A stretch of DNA of 64,000 nucleotides from an uncultured Gammaproteobacteria bacterium (GCA_964536205.1 CAZHVT010000004.1:17960-81959); one strand, 5' to 3'; shown: positions 38,690 through 50,300, numbered from the stretch's first letter. Program-made: numbers and translations. The notes: generated by a model from the letters alone, not told the origin.

Positions 38690-38812
38690 GAATTATGAAT
38701 CAAGAATTATGAATAATGGACTAAGAGGGGGTTGGGCGACGCCCAGTAATTATAAATCGTCGCTACGCGACACATTCCCATACCTCATTATTCATACTTC
38801 ATGATTCTTGTT
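38690..38812. repeat. GAATTAT heptamer-armed hairpin element
   Basis: GAATTAT GAATCAA GAATTAT GAATAAT ... ATTATTC ATACTTC ATGATTC. Confidence 0.65.
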
Positions 38813-40997
38813 CCTTTTCTGCAGGAGCTTCGGGTTTCTTAACTCGCGCTAATTGTGTGGCAATCTGCTTCTCATCTTCCTCTGTCTTTTTTCTAGAAAA
38901 ATCACATTCCTTATAATTCGAACACTTCACCTTTGTTTTCCCAGACGCCATCAAAACAGATTTACATGCTTCACAAAATTGATTCTCAAGAGGCATCCCC
39001 CACAGCGCATAATCACATGTTGGATATGTTGAACATCCATAGAATATCTTACCACGCCGAGTCTTTCTCTCAACCAATGGAGCTTTGCATGTAAAACACG
39101 GAACACCAATTTCCTTTGGCACAGCTTTTTCTTTCTTATCTTTTTCAAGCGGCTCTGTATGCTTGCAATCTGGATATCCTGAACACGCATAAAATTTCCC
39201 ATAACGCCCCACACGAATAATCACATCCTTTCCACACTCACTACATTTCTTATCCGTTTTCTCCATCACAATATCTTCTTTTTTCACTTCTTCAGTCTTC
39301 TTCTCAAGATTATCTTTAAATGGTTTATAAAAATCTTTGATGATCGGTTTCCATTTTTTCTCACCATCCGCAATATCATCAAACTGTTCCTCCATATGAG
39401 CCGTAAAATCGTAATCCACAATTTTGGGAAAATGCGCCACAAGCACATCATTCACCACCTCACCAATATCAGTAGGGGAGAATCGACGTCGATCCAAACG
39501 CTCAACATAACCACGCGCTTCAATCGTCGCAATAGTCGGTGCATATGTTGAAGGACGCCCAATGCCATGTTCCTCCAAAATCTTCACCAAACTTGCATCA
39601 TTAAATCGTGGAGGAGGTTCAGTGAAATGTTGTTCTGGAATGATGGATTGTACGGTCAATTCCTCTCCTTCTTTTAATTCAGGAAGCGTACGATCTTTCA
39701 ATTGCTCGGGATACACCGCCAAAAATCCATCAAACACAATCACACTTCCTGTTGTTTTGTAGGTATATGTTTTTTTATCAGAACCATCAATGTTCATCAA
39801 AATGGTTGTTAATCGAGATTGTGCAGGATTCATTTGAGATGCCAACGCTCGACGCCAAATCAAATCATACAATTTCCATTGTTGGTCATTCAAAGAATCT
39901 TTCAACTTGTCTGGAGTTAGCTCAACATGTGTTGGACGAATCGCCTCATGCGCCTCCTGCGCAGATTTTGACTTCGTCTTATATTGATGAGGTTTCTCTG
40001 GAATATATTTGTCAGAAAACGTATGTTTTGCATAATCTCGCGCTGCTGCCAAATACTCTTCTGATAAATTCACAGAATCCGTACGCATATACGTAATCAA
40101 ACCAGTCGTTCCTTCTTCACCGGGAGTTTCAATACCTTCATACAATTGTTGCGCTAAACGCATGATATTTTTCGCCGACCATCCAAATTTTGAATGAGCT
40201 GCTTGTTGCAGAGTAGAAGTGGTAAAAGGCGCATTTGGATTTCGCTTTTTATCCTTCTGTTCAATGCTTTTGATTTTTGCTTTCTTGTCCTTGCATGCAT
40301 CCACAATCGCATGCGCATCCTTTTCATTTCCTATACTCAACTTCTCCAATTTCTCATCATCAATTTTAAATAATGCACCTTCAAGCGGATGATCTTTTGC
40401 ATTATCAGAAAGAAACATCCCATCAATACTCCAATATTCGTCTGGTTTAAATTTACGAATTTCACGCTCGCGCTCAACAATCAAACGAACGGCAACAGAT
40501 TGCACACGACCTGCAGACAATCCCCGCGTAACTTTCTTCCACAGAAAAGGGGATAACTCATATCCAACCAATCGATCCAAAACACGTCGCGCTTGCTGCG
40601 CATCAACACGAGCCAAGTCAATTTTACGAGGATTTTCCAAAGCTTTTAAAATGGCTTTTTTGGTAATTTCATGAAACGCAATACGCTTAACTTTCGCAGG
40701 ATCTAATTTCAAAATGTGAGCTAAGTGCCAAGAAATAGCCTCTCCCTCGCGATCTTCATCAGTAGCAAACAAAATCTCATCCGACTCTTTCGCTAACTTC
40801 CGCAATTTCGCAACCTGCTTTTTCTTATCAGGCATCACGTCATACTCCGGCTCAAAATCACCTTCAGTATCAATCCCCATAGTTTTTTTAGGGAGATCAC
40901 GAAGATGGCCATACGAAGATTCAACAACGTATTCTTTGGGTAAAAATTTCGTGATAGTTTTGGCTTTGGTTGGGGACTCTACGATGACAAGTTTCAT
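38799..40997 (-). CDS. topA: DNA topoisomerase I
   Basis: IVESPTKAK, ATDEDREGE, SAGRVQ, ITYMRTDS, C-terminal Zn ribbons. Confidence 0.98.
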   Translation of the reverse strand: MKLVIVESPTKAKTITKFLPKEYVVESSYGHLRDLPKKTMGIDTEGDFEPEYDVMPDKKKQVAKLRKLAKESDEILFATDEDREGEAISWHLAHILKLDPAKVKRIAFHEITKKAILKALENPRKIDLARVDAQQARRVLDRLVGYELSPFLWKKVTRGLSAGRVQSVAVRLIVEREREIRKFKPDEYWSIDGMFLSDNAKDHPLEGALFKIDDEKLEKLSIGNEKDAHAIVDACKDKKAKIKSIEQKDKKRNPNAPFTTSTLQQAAHSKFGWSAKNIMRLAQQLYEGIETPGEEGTTGLITYMRTDSVNLSEEYLAAARDYAKHTFSDKYIPEKPHQYKTKSKSAQEAHEAIRPTHVELTPDKLKDSLNDQQWKLYDLIWRRALASQMNPAQSRLTTILMNIDGSDKKTYTYKTTGSVIVFDGFLAVYPEQLKDRTLPELKEGEELTVQSIIPEQHFTEPPPRFNDASLVKILEEHGIGRPSTYAPTIATIEARGYVERLDRRRFSPTDIGEVVNDVLVAHFPKIVDYDFTAHMEEQFDDIADGEKKWKPIIKDFYKPFKDNLEKKTEEVKKEDIVMEKTDKKCSECGKDVIIRVGRYGKFYACSGYPDCKHTEPLEKDKKEKAVPKEIGVPCFTCKAPLVERKTRRGKIFYGCSTYPTCDYALWGMPLENQFCEACKSVLMASGKTKVKCSNYKECDFSRKKTEEDEKQIATQLARVKKPEAPAEKEQES

Positions 40998-41004
40998 AAT
41001 TTTT

Positions 41005-41087
41005 CGTAACGAGTAAAGCGTAATGCGTAAAGAGGGATTTCGCCTTCGGCGATCGCTTTACGCTTTGCGCATTACGCTTTACGAACT
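41005..41087. repeat. CGTAA heptamer-armed hairpin element
   Basis: Core 41034-41063 is the reverse complement of 44255-44284 (29/30). Confidence 0.75.
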
Positions 41088-41947
41088 ACCTGAGCAAGAA
41101 AATCCATGATTTCAGCAGCAACATCGATACCAGTAGCCATCTCAAAATGCTGGAAACCTGGATTGCGATTTACTTCCAAGATCTTCATAACTCCTTCATG
41201 CTCGCGCATATCAACCCCAGCAACAGGAATGTGTAACACAGCCGCAGCAGAAACAGCAATATCTCGCATGTTATCTGTCATGTCAAATGATTCGAATTGT
41301 GAACCTAAGTCTGTATTCGATCGAAACTCTCCATCAACAGGAATTTTTTTCACAGCTCCAAGCGCAACACCATCAACAACAAACACACGAAAATCATGCG
41401 GAGCGTCAAGGTATTCTTGCACAATAAAAGTTCCTACAGGGCCAGAAGCCACAGCACGCCGTACATCATTCATTGTATCACAGCGACGAATGTCAGTCCC
41501 ATGCGATCCGTGAATCGGTTTGATGATGACCGGAAATGTAAATGAGGCTTCCACAGCATCTATGGAAGGTTCATGTGTGAGAAAAGATGTGTGAGGAATA
41601 GGGAGTTGCGCGGATTTCAACTTCATCATTTGATGAAGCTTATTCCACACAAATGGCACATCAATCAAAGCAGGATTTGCAACCGTAATATGTTTGCGCT
41701 CCAAAGCTTGCGCAAGAGAAAGATACGCAGAAATAAACTGCGGATGCATATCACGAAAAAAAGCTACATCAAATGAATCGTGTGAAATCTCATTTCCATC
41801 AACAATTATGTGTTCACCAAGCTCGTCCACAGAAAGAGAAATCGATTCCATATGAACAACGCGAGCTTCATGATCGCGCGCGTTGGCTTCCTCAATGATT
41901 CTTAGATTTCCAGGGCTTTCTGGATTGCCCAATATAAGTAGTTTCAT
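41072..41947 (-). CDS. RimK-family ATP-grasp ligase
   Basis: PVIIKP..GSHG, IVQEY, DFRVFV, FRSN, LEVN.NPG. Confidence 0.85.
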   Translation of the reverse strand: MKLLILGNPESPGNLRIIEEANARDHEARVVHMESISLSVDELGEHIIVDGNEISHDSFDVAFFRDMHPQFISAYLSLAQALERKHITVANPALIDVPFVWNKLHQMMKLKSAQLPIPHTSFLTHEPSIDAVEASFTFPVIIKPIHGSHGTDIRRCDTMNDVRRAVASGPVGTFIVQEYLDAPHDFRVFVVDGVALGAVKKIPVDGEFRSNTDLGSQFESFDMTDNMRDIAVSAAAVLHIPVAGVDMREHEGVMKILEVNRNPGFQHFEMATGIDVAAEIMDFLAQVVRKA

Positions 41948-41956
41948 AAAGCTCGC

Positions 41957-42066
41957 GACTTAAGAACTTAAGAACCAAAGAACTGAAGAACTCACGCACT
42001 GAAATTGGCAGCTACAAATGAGAGATTGCCGAGTTCATAAGTTCTTACGTTCATCAGTTCATAAGT
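41957..42066. repeat. inverted AAGAACT-type octamer repeat
   Basis: TAAGAACT TAAGAACC AAAGAACT GAAGAACT ... AGTTCATA AGTTCTTA. Confidence 0.65.
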
Positions 42067-43165
42067 GGAATGAGATACGAACGTATCTCATTCCCGATAT
42101 CTGTTTGACGATACGTTTTGTTTCAAGCATTGTCAAGAGTGTCATCACGCGCGCTGCCGGTAAATCCGCCTTCACAATACAATCATCAATATGCAACGCT
42201 TCATGAGATAAAAGACTCAAAATAAGAGCTTCTTCTGGAGATGTTGGTTCATAATCCACGCGAGTTTGCTCATCACTTTCAATCTGAAAAACATTCAAAA
42301 TATCTTCCGAAGATGTCACACAATGCGCACCCATGGCAATTAATGTATTACAACCCTTGGAGGTTTGAGAAAATACAGATCCAGGCGATGCAAACACCTC
42401 ACGATTTTGCTCCAAGGCAACTCGTGCTGTAATCAACGAACCAGATTTTTCTGCAGCCTCAACAACAAATGTCCCGCGCGACAATCCTGAAATAATACGA
42501 TTACGAAGTGGAAAGTGATGTTTGAGTGGGGGAGTGTGTGGGGGGAATTCAGAAATCACTGCTCCGCCAGACTCAATAATTCTCTTTGCTAATTGCGCAT
42601 GTTGTCGAGGATATACATGTGCATCGTCATTTCCCGAACCCAAAACCGCAACTGTATATCCATCAGATTGTAAAGTCTGTTCATGAGCGCGACCATCCAC
42701 ACCCAAAGCCAATCCAGAAATAATAGAACATCCAGACTTCACCAAAGATGGCATAATAGTATCAATAATTTGCTCGCCATAATGCGACATTTTCCGAGAG
42801 CCGACCACTGCAATCGGCATGTCTATACTTGGATTCAAAAACCCACGAACAAACAACACAGCTGGCGGATCAAAAATGTGTGAAAGCAATTCAGGAAAAT
42901 CATCATCAAAAAAACAGACCAACCGAATGTCCTGTTTTGAAAGTAAGCTAGAAAATTTGGAAATATCAAAACGTTTACGATGTTCAATAAACTCATTCAC
43001 CAACCCATCTGTAATGCGTGCATTTTGAAGTTCGGAATGTGACGCTCCCCAAGCACGCTCCATCGAACCAAAATGGTTATGCAGTTGTCGTAATCGAACA
43101 CTGCCGAATTTCGGAAAAGATGTGCATGCTATCCAGTAGTCTTGTTCGGTATGAGGGCTTGACAT
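42059..43165 (-). CDS. dprA: DNA-processing protein DprA
   Basis: AVVGSR, SGLALGVDG.AH, FPLRNRIISGLS, EAAEKSGSLITA. Confidence 0.96.
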   Translation of the reverse strand: MSSPHTEQDYWIACTSFPKFGSVRLRQLHNHFGSMERAWGASHSELQNARITDGLVNEFIEHRKRFDISKFSSLLSKQDIRLVCFFDDDFPELLSHIFDPPAVLFVRGFLNPSIDMPIAVVGSRKMSHYGEQIIDTIMPSLVKSGCSIISGLALGVDGRAHEQTLQSDGYTVAVLGSGNDDAHVYPRQHAQLAKRIIESGGAVISEFPPHTPPLKHHFPLRNRIISGLSRGTFVVEAAEKSGSLITARVALEQNREVFASPGSVFSQTSKGCNTLIAMGAHCVTSSEDILNVFQIESDEQTRVDYEPTSPEEALILSLLSHEALHIDDCIVKADLPAARVMTLLTMLETKRIVKQISGMRYVRISFHL

Positions 43166-43187
43166 AAGCTGCAAAAACTGTTAGTAT
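43159..43187 (+). promoter_or_regulatory. sigma70 promoter overlapping the dprA start in antisense
   Basis: TTGACA-17bp-TAGTAT. Confidence 0.7.
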
Positions 43188-43212
43188 GGCGTCACGTCAA
43201 AAGGAGGCGTTC

Positions 43213-43482
43213 ATGGAAGTCATTTCGATCACTTCACCCCCGATCGATCGTAACAAACAAATTCAATTCTGTCTGAAGTGCAGCATCATCATTCACGAGC
43301 CGATTGATGAATTCAGCGTGTGTAACCACAATTCCAGTATTACCCTGGAGTTGACCGGTTTCGATCACGGAACTGGTGTCGAATGCATGGAGCGCGACTG
43401 CGCTTTCAATGGGATTGGACGATCGCCAAGCGAGCTGTCCAGAATGTTGATTGGACACGCCGAGCGTCACAAAAAGAGTTGA
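43213..43482 (+). CDS. small Cys/His-rich putative zinc-finger protein
   Basis: SD AAGGAGG; CLKC..CNH, CMERDC..HAERH. Confidence 0.6.
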   Translation: MEVISITSPPIDRNKQIQFCLKCSIIIHEPIDEFSVCNHNSSITLELTGFDHGTGVECMERDCAFNGIGRSPSELSRMLIGHAERHKKS

Positions 43483-43486
43483 ACGC

Positions 43487-43517
43487 AGCCCTGAACCTAT
43501 GTGGTTCGGGGCTTTTT
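43487..43517 (+). terminator. intrinsic terminator
   Basis: AGCCCTGAACC...GGTTCGGGGCT followed by TTTT. Confidence 0.7.
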
Positions 43518-43536
43518 AATTCTCTTTAACAAGCCC

Positions 43537-43724
43537 AAAACCTATTATACTACAAGCCCAAGGGGCTTGTAGTATAATAGGATCTTTGCCAAAATTTCCA
43601 TATTGAAGCTCAATTCTACAAAAAGTTTTTTGCCTTAGCTACTGCTAGGGCTGCAAAACTTATTTGAAGAATTGATCATTCAATCTGAAAATTTGTGACT
43701 GAAAACCTATTATACAACAAGCCC
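43537..43724. repeat. 19-bp perfect inverted repeat, direct repeat of the pth 3' end and long hairpin
   Basis: CCTATTATACTACAAGCCC-AAG-GGGCTTGTAGTATAATAGG; 22/23 copy at 43702-43724. Confidence 0.8.
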
Positions 43725-44240
43725 CTCAACATAATCTTCCACACCGGAAAAAGTTGAAATAAGTTTTTTGTAATCGTCTGGAGAAAAATTCTTTAAAACA
43801 AGATCAATAGAAGATGTATCATCGCCATCCGGACGCACACCAAGCCTAATCCGCTCAAAATCCTGACTACCAACATGCGAAATAATAGATGCAATCCCTT
43901 TGTGCCCTGCAGACCCTCGGTTAGACTGAATTTTCATGCCACCAACCGCAAGATCAGTATCATCATGAATAACAATCAAATCTGTTGGATCCATTTTGTA
44001 CCATTTCAAAAGCGCGAAAACACATTGACCGGACTCATTCATAAAAGAATTCGGCTTTGCGAACAAAAACTTTGTGCCCTCAAATGTACAATCAGCAACA
44101 AAACAATTTGTCTTTTTCATTAAGCTCCATGCTTCACACTCAAAATGTTCTGCTAAATAATCCACAGCCAAGTATCCAGCATTGTGTCGGGTGAGTTTGT
44201 ATTCATCGCCTGGATTACCAAGGCCTATTACAATTTTCAT
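43710..44240 (-). CDS. pth: peptidyl-tRNA hydrolase
   Basis: IGLGNPG..TRHNAG, FMNESG, HDD, GHKG. Confidence 0.96.
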   Translation of the reverse strand: MKIVIGLGNPGDEYKLTRHNAGYLAVDYLAEHFECEAWSLMKKTNCFVADCTFEGTKFLFAKPNSFMNESGQCVFALLKWYKMDPTDLIVIHDDTDLAVGGMKIQSNRGSAGHKGIASIISHVGSQDFERIRLGVRPDGDDTSSIDLVLKNFSPDDYKKLISTFSGVEDYVEGLVV

Positions 44241-44249
44241 ATGAATTTT

Positions 44250-44312
44250 GTAATGCGTAAAGCGATCGCCAAAGGCGAAATCCCGCATTACGCTTTACGA
44301 ATTACGCATTAC
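44250..44312. repeat. CGTAA heptamer-armed hairpin element
   Basis: GCATTAC GCTTTAC GAATTAC GCATTAC; inverted copy of the 41034-41063 core. Confidence 0.75.
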
Positions 44313-45709
44313 TTCTTTATATAAAACACCATCGGCACCCCCTCAAAACCAAACACACGCCGAATCTGTCGCTGCAAATAACGCAAATACGTTTCATGTA
44401 AATCCGTCTTCGCTTTGAGCTTCAGCTCAAACACAGGAGGAGATATCGCAATTTGTTTAATCGAAAATATTTGTGGGTGTCGTACGCCCTTTCCTTTTGT
44501 GGGCAAATGTTTGCGTTTAATCTTTTCAAATGCTTCTTCAAGTTCTACTGGGTCAAGCCATTTTTTTCGTTCATGATCAATTTTCTCAATCATCGGAAAC
44601 AATCGAAGTACATGTCTTCCTGTCAAAGCTGATAGATACACAATCGGTGCAAAACGCACGAACTTAAAAATCCTCGTAATATATTGTAGATAATGTTCAC
44701 GCGCATCATTATACTTCTGCGATTTATCTGTAATCCGCAAAAAGCTAAAATCTTCATGTCCTTCTGACGTAAGATCCCATTTATTTGCCACAATAATAAT
44801 CGGTTTTTTTGAATCCTCAATCAGCCCAGCCAAGTGTTTATCCTGCGATGAAATCGGCTGTGAGCTATCCAACACAAATAAAATAACATCAGCCTCTTTA
44901 ATTTGATTGATAGATTGCGAAACTCCCTTTTGCTCAATTCCTTTTCCAACTCGAGATTTTTTTCGAATCCCAGCTGTATCAATAAACAAGAAATGATGAC
45001 CTTCCCATGAGACAAGCGTATCAAATGTCTCGCGCGTCGTATGTGGAATATCAGAAACAATAACCGCATCCTCTCCAATTAATTCATTGAACAACGAAGA
45101 TTTCCCAACATTTGGTTTTCCAATGAGTGCTATCTTCACCGTATCTTCGGGAAGCTCTTGGGTTGGTGTTTCAGAAACATCAAGCTGATCATATATAAGA
45201 TCCAACAAATCACCGACCCCTTTTCCTGTGGATGCAGAAACAGGTTCTGGATCACCAAATCCCAGTCCACGCCATTTCTGTTGATGCACTTCAGTAATGA
45301 GTTGCATGGTGTCCGCTTTGTTTGCTGCCAAAATCACAGGTTTTTCAGAAGCCTGTAATTTCAACGCCATTCGTTTATCATCATGATCAAGCGGTGCACG
45401 TACATCGATCACAAACACAATCACATCAGCCTGCTCAATTGCGAGATTCACTTGATGAATAACATCTTCAGCAAACGGATCGTCAGCAGGAGCAACCATT
45501 CCGCCTGTATCAATAAATCTGATGGGCTGTCCTCGCCAATATGCGATTGCGCGGTTGCTCGTTCGAGTTGTTCCCTCAATATCAGTCACGATCGCAGAGT
45601 ACTTCCCAGTAATCACATTAAACAACGTAGATTTCCCAACATTAACACGACCTACTAGCGCTACAGTCGGCATTGAATCTTCTTGTTTTGTGGCAGAGGT
45701 TAAGGTCAT
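44309..45709 (-). CDS. der: ribosome biogenesis GTPase Der
   Basis: Two G domains GRVNVGKS / GKPNVGKS, DTGG / DTAG, NKAD / NKWD. Confidence 0.96.
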   Translation of the reverse strand: MTLTSATKQEDSMPTVALVGRVNVGKSTLFNVITGKYSAIVTDIEGTTRTSNRAIAYWRGQPIRFIDTGGMVAPADDPFAEDVIHQVNLAIEQADVIVFVIDVRAPLDHDDKRMALKLQASEKPVILAANKADTMQLITEVHQQKWRGLGFGDPEPVSASTGKGVGDLLDLIYDQLDVSETPTQELPEDTVKIALIGKPNVGKSSLFNELIGEDAVIVSDIPHTTRETFDTLVSWEGHHFLFIDTAGIRKKSRVGKGIEQKGVSQSINQIKEADVILFVLDSSQPISSQDKHLAGLIEDSKKPIIIVANKWDLTSEGHEDFSFLRITDKSQKYNDAREHYLQYITRIFKFVRFAPIVYLSALTGRHVLRLFPMIEKIDHERKKWLDPVELEEAFEKIKRKHLPTKGKGVRHPQIFSIKQIAISPPVFELKLKAKTDLHETYLRYLQRQIRRVFGFEGVPMVFYIKK

Positions 45710-45723
45710 GTTGTTATGGGATT

Positions 45724-45823
45724 CGTAAAGCGTAAAGCGTAAAATGTGTCGCGCAGTGACGATCTATAAATCGTCGCTTCAGCGACCAATTTCCCGAGTT
45801 ACGAGTTACGCTTTACGAGTTAC
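45724..45823. repeat. CGTAA heptamer-armed hairpin element
   Basis: CGTAAAG repeats ... GAGTTAC GAGTTAC GCTTTAC GAGTTAC. Confidence 0.75.
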
Positions 45824-47229
45824 TAATTTCCTAAATGTCTCTTGGCCCACTCATTTCCAATAATAATCACAATATCAGCATCATTGCCAACTGTAAATGC
45901 TGGAGCTTTCTGAACAATATCCGCTGGAACAAAAGGCGCAATACGAGATAATGCAGCATCAGACTTTTCATCAACAGTAACTTGATAAATTAATGTTTCA
46001 TCAAACGTACGATCTGGTGTATTTCCAATATGTTTCACATTAATTCCTTCATCTTCAAGCAACTGACGCATTGCCGCGGCCATTCCAGCCTCCCACGTTC
46101 CATTTAAAATTGTCACACGAGATTCACGAAATTTCGAAACATCAACTGCATATCGACGTGGTGGTGGCGGAGGATCAACATCAAACATATTATTCACAAA
46201 ATGCGCAACTTCTGAATAATCACCAGCTTTAGGCAACAAGAAATATCCATAATCCGTGTTCAGTTCTTGTAAGAGTGAGTCTGCGCCAATCGTTAAAACG
46301 TGCTGCACTACATCATCTGGATCAACATTTTTCCCTTTTTTCGCAAACTCCAAAATCTCAACTAAATTAAAATCTGTATCAACGTGTTTTTTCAACGTGT
46401 TAAAAAGTGAGGTAAGTTTTGAAGGATTGATGAGTGTTGTTGGTTTAAGAATTTTCGCGCGCAATGCAGTCAGAATTTTTTGTTGGCGATGAGCTCGCGC
46501 AAAATCAGAGCCCTCGCCATGACTACCATGACGCGAGCGCGCATACTCAAGTGCACGATTACCATCCATCAATTCCGTCCCAGCTTCAAATACAACGGTT
46601 TTATAACCGAAGTTATCTGTCGGAAACTGATCATCAATAAACGTTTGTTCAATCGTAACTGACAATCCACCCAGCGTATCCACAATATCCTCAAACGCTC
46701 CAAAATCCACACGAACATAATAATGCATTGGTTCATCCAAAACTGTACTAATCACTTTGCTCGCAAATGCACCGCCATCCCCAGGAAATTCTTCCTCTCC
46801 ATACGCATTTGCATGATTAATTTTTTTCACACCATATCCAGGAATCGCAACTGCCATATCGCGGGGAAGCGAAAGCATCGCAACTTTATTATCAGAAGGT
46901 CGATAGCTCGCAACAATAATTGTGTCAGATAATTGAGGGCCGTCATGCCCAGCTCCACCAACTCCCAGGAACAAGATATTAATACGATCCTCATTAAATC
47001 CATCCAGTAAACGATTTTCAGAAAAAACCAATCGCTTAATCCCACGCACAATCGAAGGCTTTTCACCTTCCGGTAGCGAACCTTCTGTAATCTGCATTAA
47101 AGCACTCACAATATTATATACCCAAAAAAGAGCTCCAATCACGAAAATCAAAAAAAATATACGTAGAACATTACGTATGCTGAACCGAGACTTCGGTCGC
47201 AGATCCATATCACTCTTATATTTGCGCAT
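45823..47229 (-). CDS. LCP (LytR-CpsA-Psr) family protein with LytR_C domain
   Basis: SDTIIV, SLPRD, KINHA, ARSRH..SDFARAHRQQ, ILNGT..GMA. Confidence 0.92.
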   Translation of the reverse strand: MRKYKSDMDLRPKSRFSIRNVLRIFFLIFVIGALFWVYNIVSALMQITEGSLPEGEKPSIVRGIKRLVFSENRLLDGFNEDRINILFLGVGGAGHDGPQLSDTIIVASYRPSDNKVAMLSLPRDMAVAIPGYGVKKINHANAYGEEEFPGDGGAFASKVISTVLDEPMHYYVRVDFGAFEDIVDTLGGLSVTIEQTFIDDQFPTDNFGYKTVVFEAGTELMDGNRALEYARSRHGSHGEGSDFARAHRQQKILTALRAKILKPTTLINPSKLTSLFNTLKKHVDTDFNLVEILEFAKKGKNVDPDDVVQHVLTIGADSLLQELNTDYGYFLLPKAGDYSEVAHFVNNMFDVDPPPPPRRYAVDVSKFRESRVTILNGTWEAGMAAAMRQLLEDEGINVKHIGNTPDRTFDETLIYQVTVDEKSDAALSRIAPFVPADIVQKAPAFTVGNDADIVIIIGNEWAKRHLGN

Positions 47230-47345
47230 GAATGTGTATTACGAGCATTAAGTATATGAAAAAAGTCCTACTATGACAAGGTACAAAAAAATGTTACTAT
47301 AAAGAAGATATTGGTTTCGACCTGAATTTTTTTGGTCACACTACT

Positions 47346-50300
47346 ATGATGCGTGCTATTGGCAGAATGACGACTCAATATCTTGTCAGATTTGCTATCG
47401 CGTTGGTGATAAGTGCCTTCGCGTTTCTTCGGGTTGTGATGGCATATGATTTATCGACCGCAAGTTATGACAGTAAAAATGTGTCCGTTCAATCTCAATG
47501 TGCACATCCATATGAATTGGAATTCGACGATGATGGAGATCGAATGTATATCGCATGTCTCACAAATGACATTTTTCAATACACATTGACCACTGCGTGG
47601 GATGTTTCAACAGCTTCATACGCCAGTAAATCATTTGATACATCAGGAGAAGAGAGCGGAACAGTAACACTTGCATTTAACTCTGATGGTACAAAAATGT
47701 ATTCCGGTGGAACAACAAACGACACGGTATTTCAATACTCACTTTCAACAGCATTTGATGTTTCTACAGCGACGTACGATAGTGTGAGTTTCGATGTAGG
47801 AAGTCAAGAAAGTAATTTCTTCAATTTAGAGTTCAGTACTGACGGTACAAAAATGTATGTGATTGGAAATGTCTCTGACAAAATTCATCAGTATACACTT
47901 TCAACTGCATGGGATCTCTCAACAGCAAGCTACGACAGCAAAACACTTAATGTAAACTCACAAGCCATCAATCCACTTGGAATGCAGTTTCACACAAGTG
48001 GTACGTATGTATATGTGATCAATCACTCAACCGACAGGGTCTATCAGTATTCGATGACAACAGCATGGGATGTATCAACAGGAAGTTACGATAATGTCAG
48101 TTTTTATGTAGGAAGTCAGGATGGAAGTGGATACGATCTCGCATTTAAAGACGACGATGGAACGAAGATGTTTGTAACAGGAAACTCGAATGATCGAATT
48201 TATCAATACACTCTCACGAATTTCGACACCACTGATCCGACATTATCATCTTCATCCCCAGCAGATAATGCAACAGACGTCACAACAACGGACAACATCG
48301 TACTGACATTTTCAGAGGCCGTAGATGCAGAATCTGGAGATATTGTGATCTACAAAACATCTGATGATTCAACGGTTGAAACAATGGATGTGGGTGGTGC
48401 TGCTGTGTCTGGTTCAGGCTCAACTGAAATTACAGTAAATCCTACAAGCAACCTTGATGATTCCACAGAATTTTATGTGATTATTGATGCAACAGCGTTT
48501 GATGATGCATCTTCAAACAGTTACGCTGGAATTTCCGCATCAACAACATTGAGTTTCACAACTGCAGATGAAACCAATCCGACGGTTTCAACATATTCTC
48601 CAGCAGATAACGCAACAAGTGTATCGCAAACCGCAAATCTCGTTCTTACATTTTCAGAAGCAGTCGATGTAGAATCCGGAAATATTGTAATTTATAAATC
48701 AAGCGATGATTCAGTCGCAGAAACAATTGCTGTTACAGACTCACAGGTTACCGGAACAGGAACTACAACCATCACTATTAATCCATCAATCACATTTGCA
48801 GGAGACACGGAATATTACGTCCAAATTGCTGCAACAGGATTTGATGATTCCTCAAGCAATAGCTACGCCGGAATTACTGACACAACAACATGGAGCTTCA
48901 CAGTGGAAGATGCAAACGGCCCAACACTTTCAAATGAAGGGCCAGAAGGACAAAAAAATATCGGAACAAAAAGTGCAACGCTTTCAGCCACCACAAACGA
49001 AACATCAAATTGTAGATATTCCACGTCATCAAGTGCTGCATGGGCAGCCATGACAGCTTTTGAAACAACAGGAGGAACAAGTCATGCATCAGCAATTTCA
49101 GGATTAGAAAACGGAACAACATATAATTATTATGTGTTCTGTCAGGATAGCGTTGGAAATCAAAGTTCAAAATCAACTATCACATTTAATATTGCACAGC
49201 GAGAACGTTCAGGTGGAAGCAGTGGTGCTGGAGCAGGAATTTCAAGTGGGAGAAGTGGTGGAGCGGTAGGAAGTTCTACTAAAAGCGCAAAGCGTGTGAG
49301 TGTAAAGGCTGGAAGGAAGGTTGATGTAGGTTCGGTGACACGAGGAAGCACAAGTCTCACATTGCCAAAAAGTTCAACGGTAATGTTCAAAGTAAAAGAA
49401 AAAAAAGTTGACATGAACATCGCAAAAATAGAAGGACGCGGAACAAATCGAACGGTTGAAATGCATCTCCCGTCAGAACAAAAAATGTTGAAACTAAAAT
49501 GGAACGAGATTGCTGCGGTTGATATTGATGGAGATGGAGTCGGGGATCTTGCGGTGAAATTTGCAGCTGGCGTGAAGGATAAAATAGAAGTTACGTTATC
49601 CACAAAAATTCCGCTTGATGCGGTTGTGCAAAATCATCCAATTGAAGTTGAGGAAGAGGTTGAGGAGGTGAAGCTAGAAATTCCGGTGGAGACAGAGAAG
49701 GTTGAGGAAAAAGATGAGGAAGTAGAAGTTGAGAAGGTTAAGGAGGTAGAAGAAGTAGTTGAGGAGGTGATCAAGACTGCGCCAGTTATTGAGCCAGTTC
49801 TACCAGTACCCCCAAGCGATCAAATCGCACCACAAGTTGAAATCTTCGTGAAAGATGCACAATTCCAATTCAAACGAGATGTAGGAGTTGGTACGAGAGG
49901 AGAGGATGTAAAAGAATTACAAAAATTCCTAAATTCAAACGGATTTCCGGTCTCACAATTCGGCGCAGGATCACAAGGAAATGAATCAGAGTATTTCGGA
50001 AACAGAACGCGCGCAGCTCTCATCAAATGGCAAAAAGCTCAAAAATTCATAAAACCAAATGGAGTGATGGGAATTGAAACGCGCGCGGTGATGAATGGAT
50101 CGCAAATAATTATGATTAAAAAAGGTGAGAAAGCGCAAGAAGTTTCAGCTCCTGTTAAAGTTACTCAACCAATAATAGAGAATATTAAAAAAGAACCAGT
50201 CGCCACAAATAATTCGCTACACAGTTTCGCGCGGAATTTGAGAAGAGGGGATAGAGGAGAAGATGTAAAACAATTACAAATATTCCTCAATAATTTCGGA

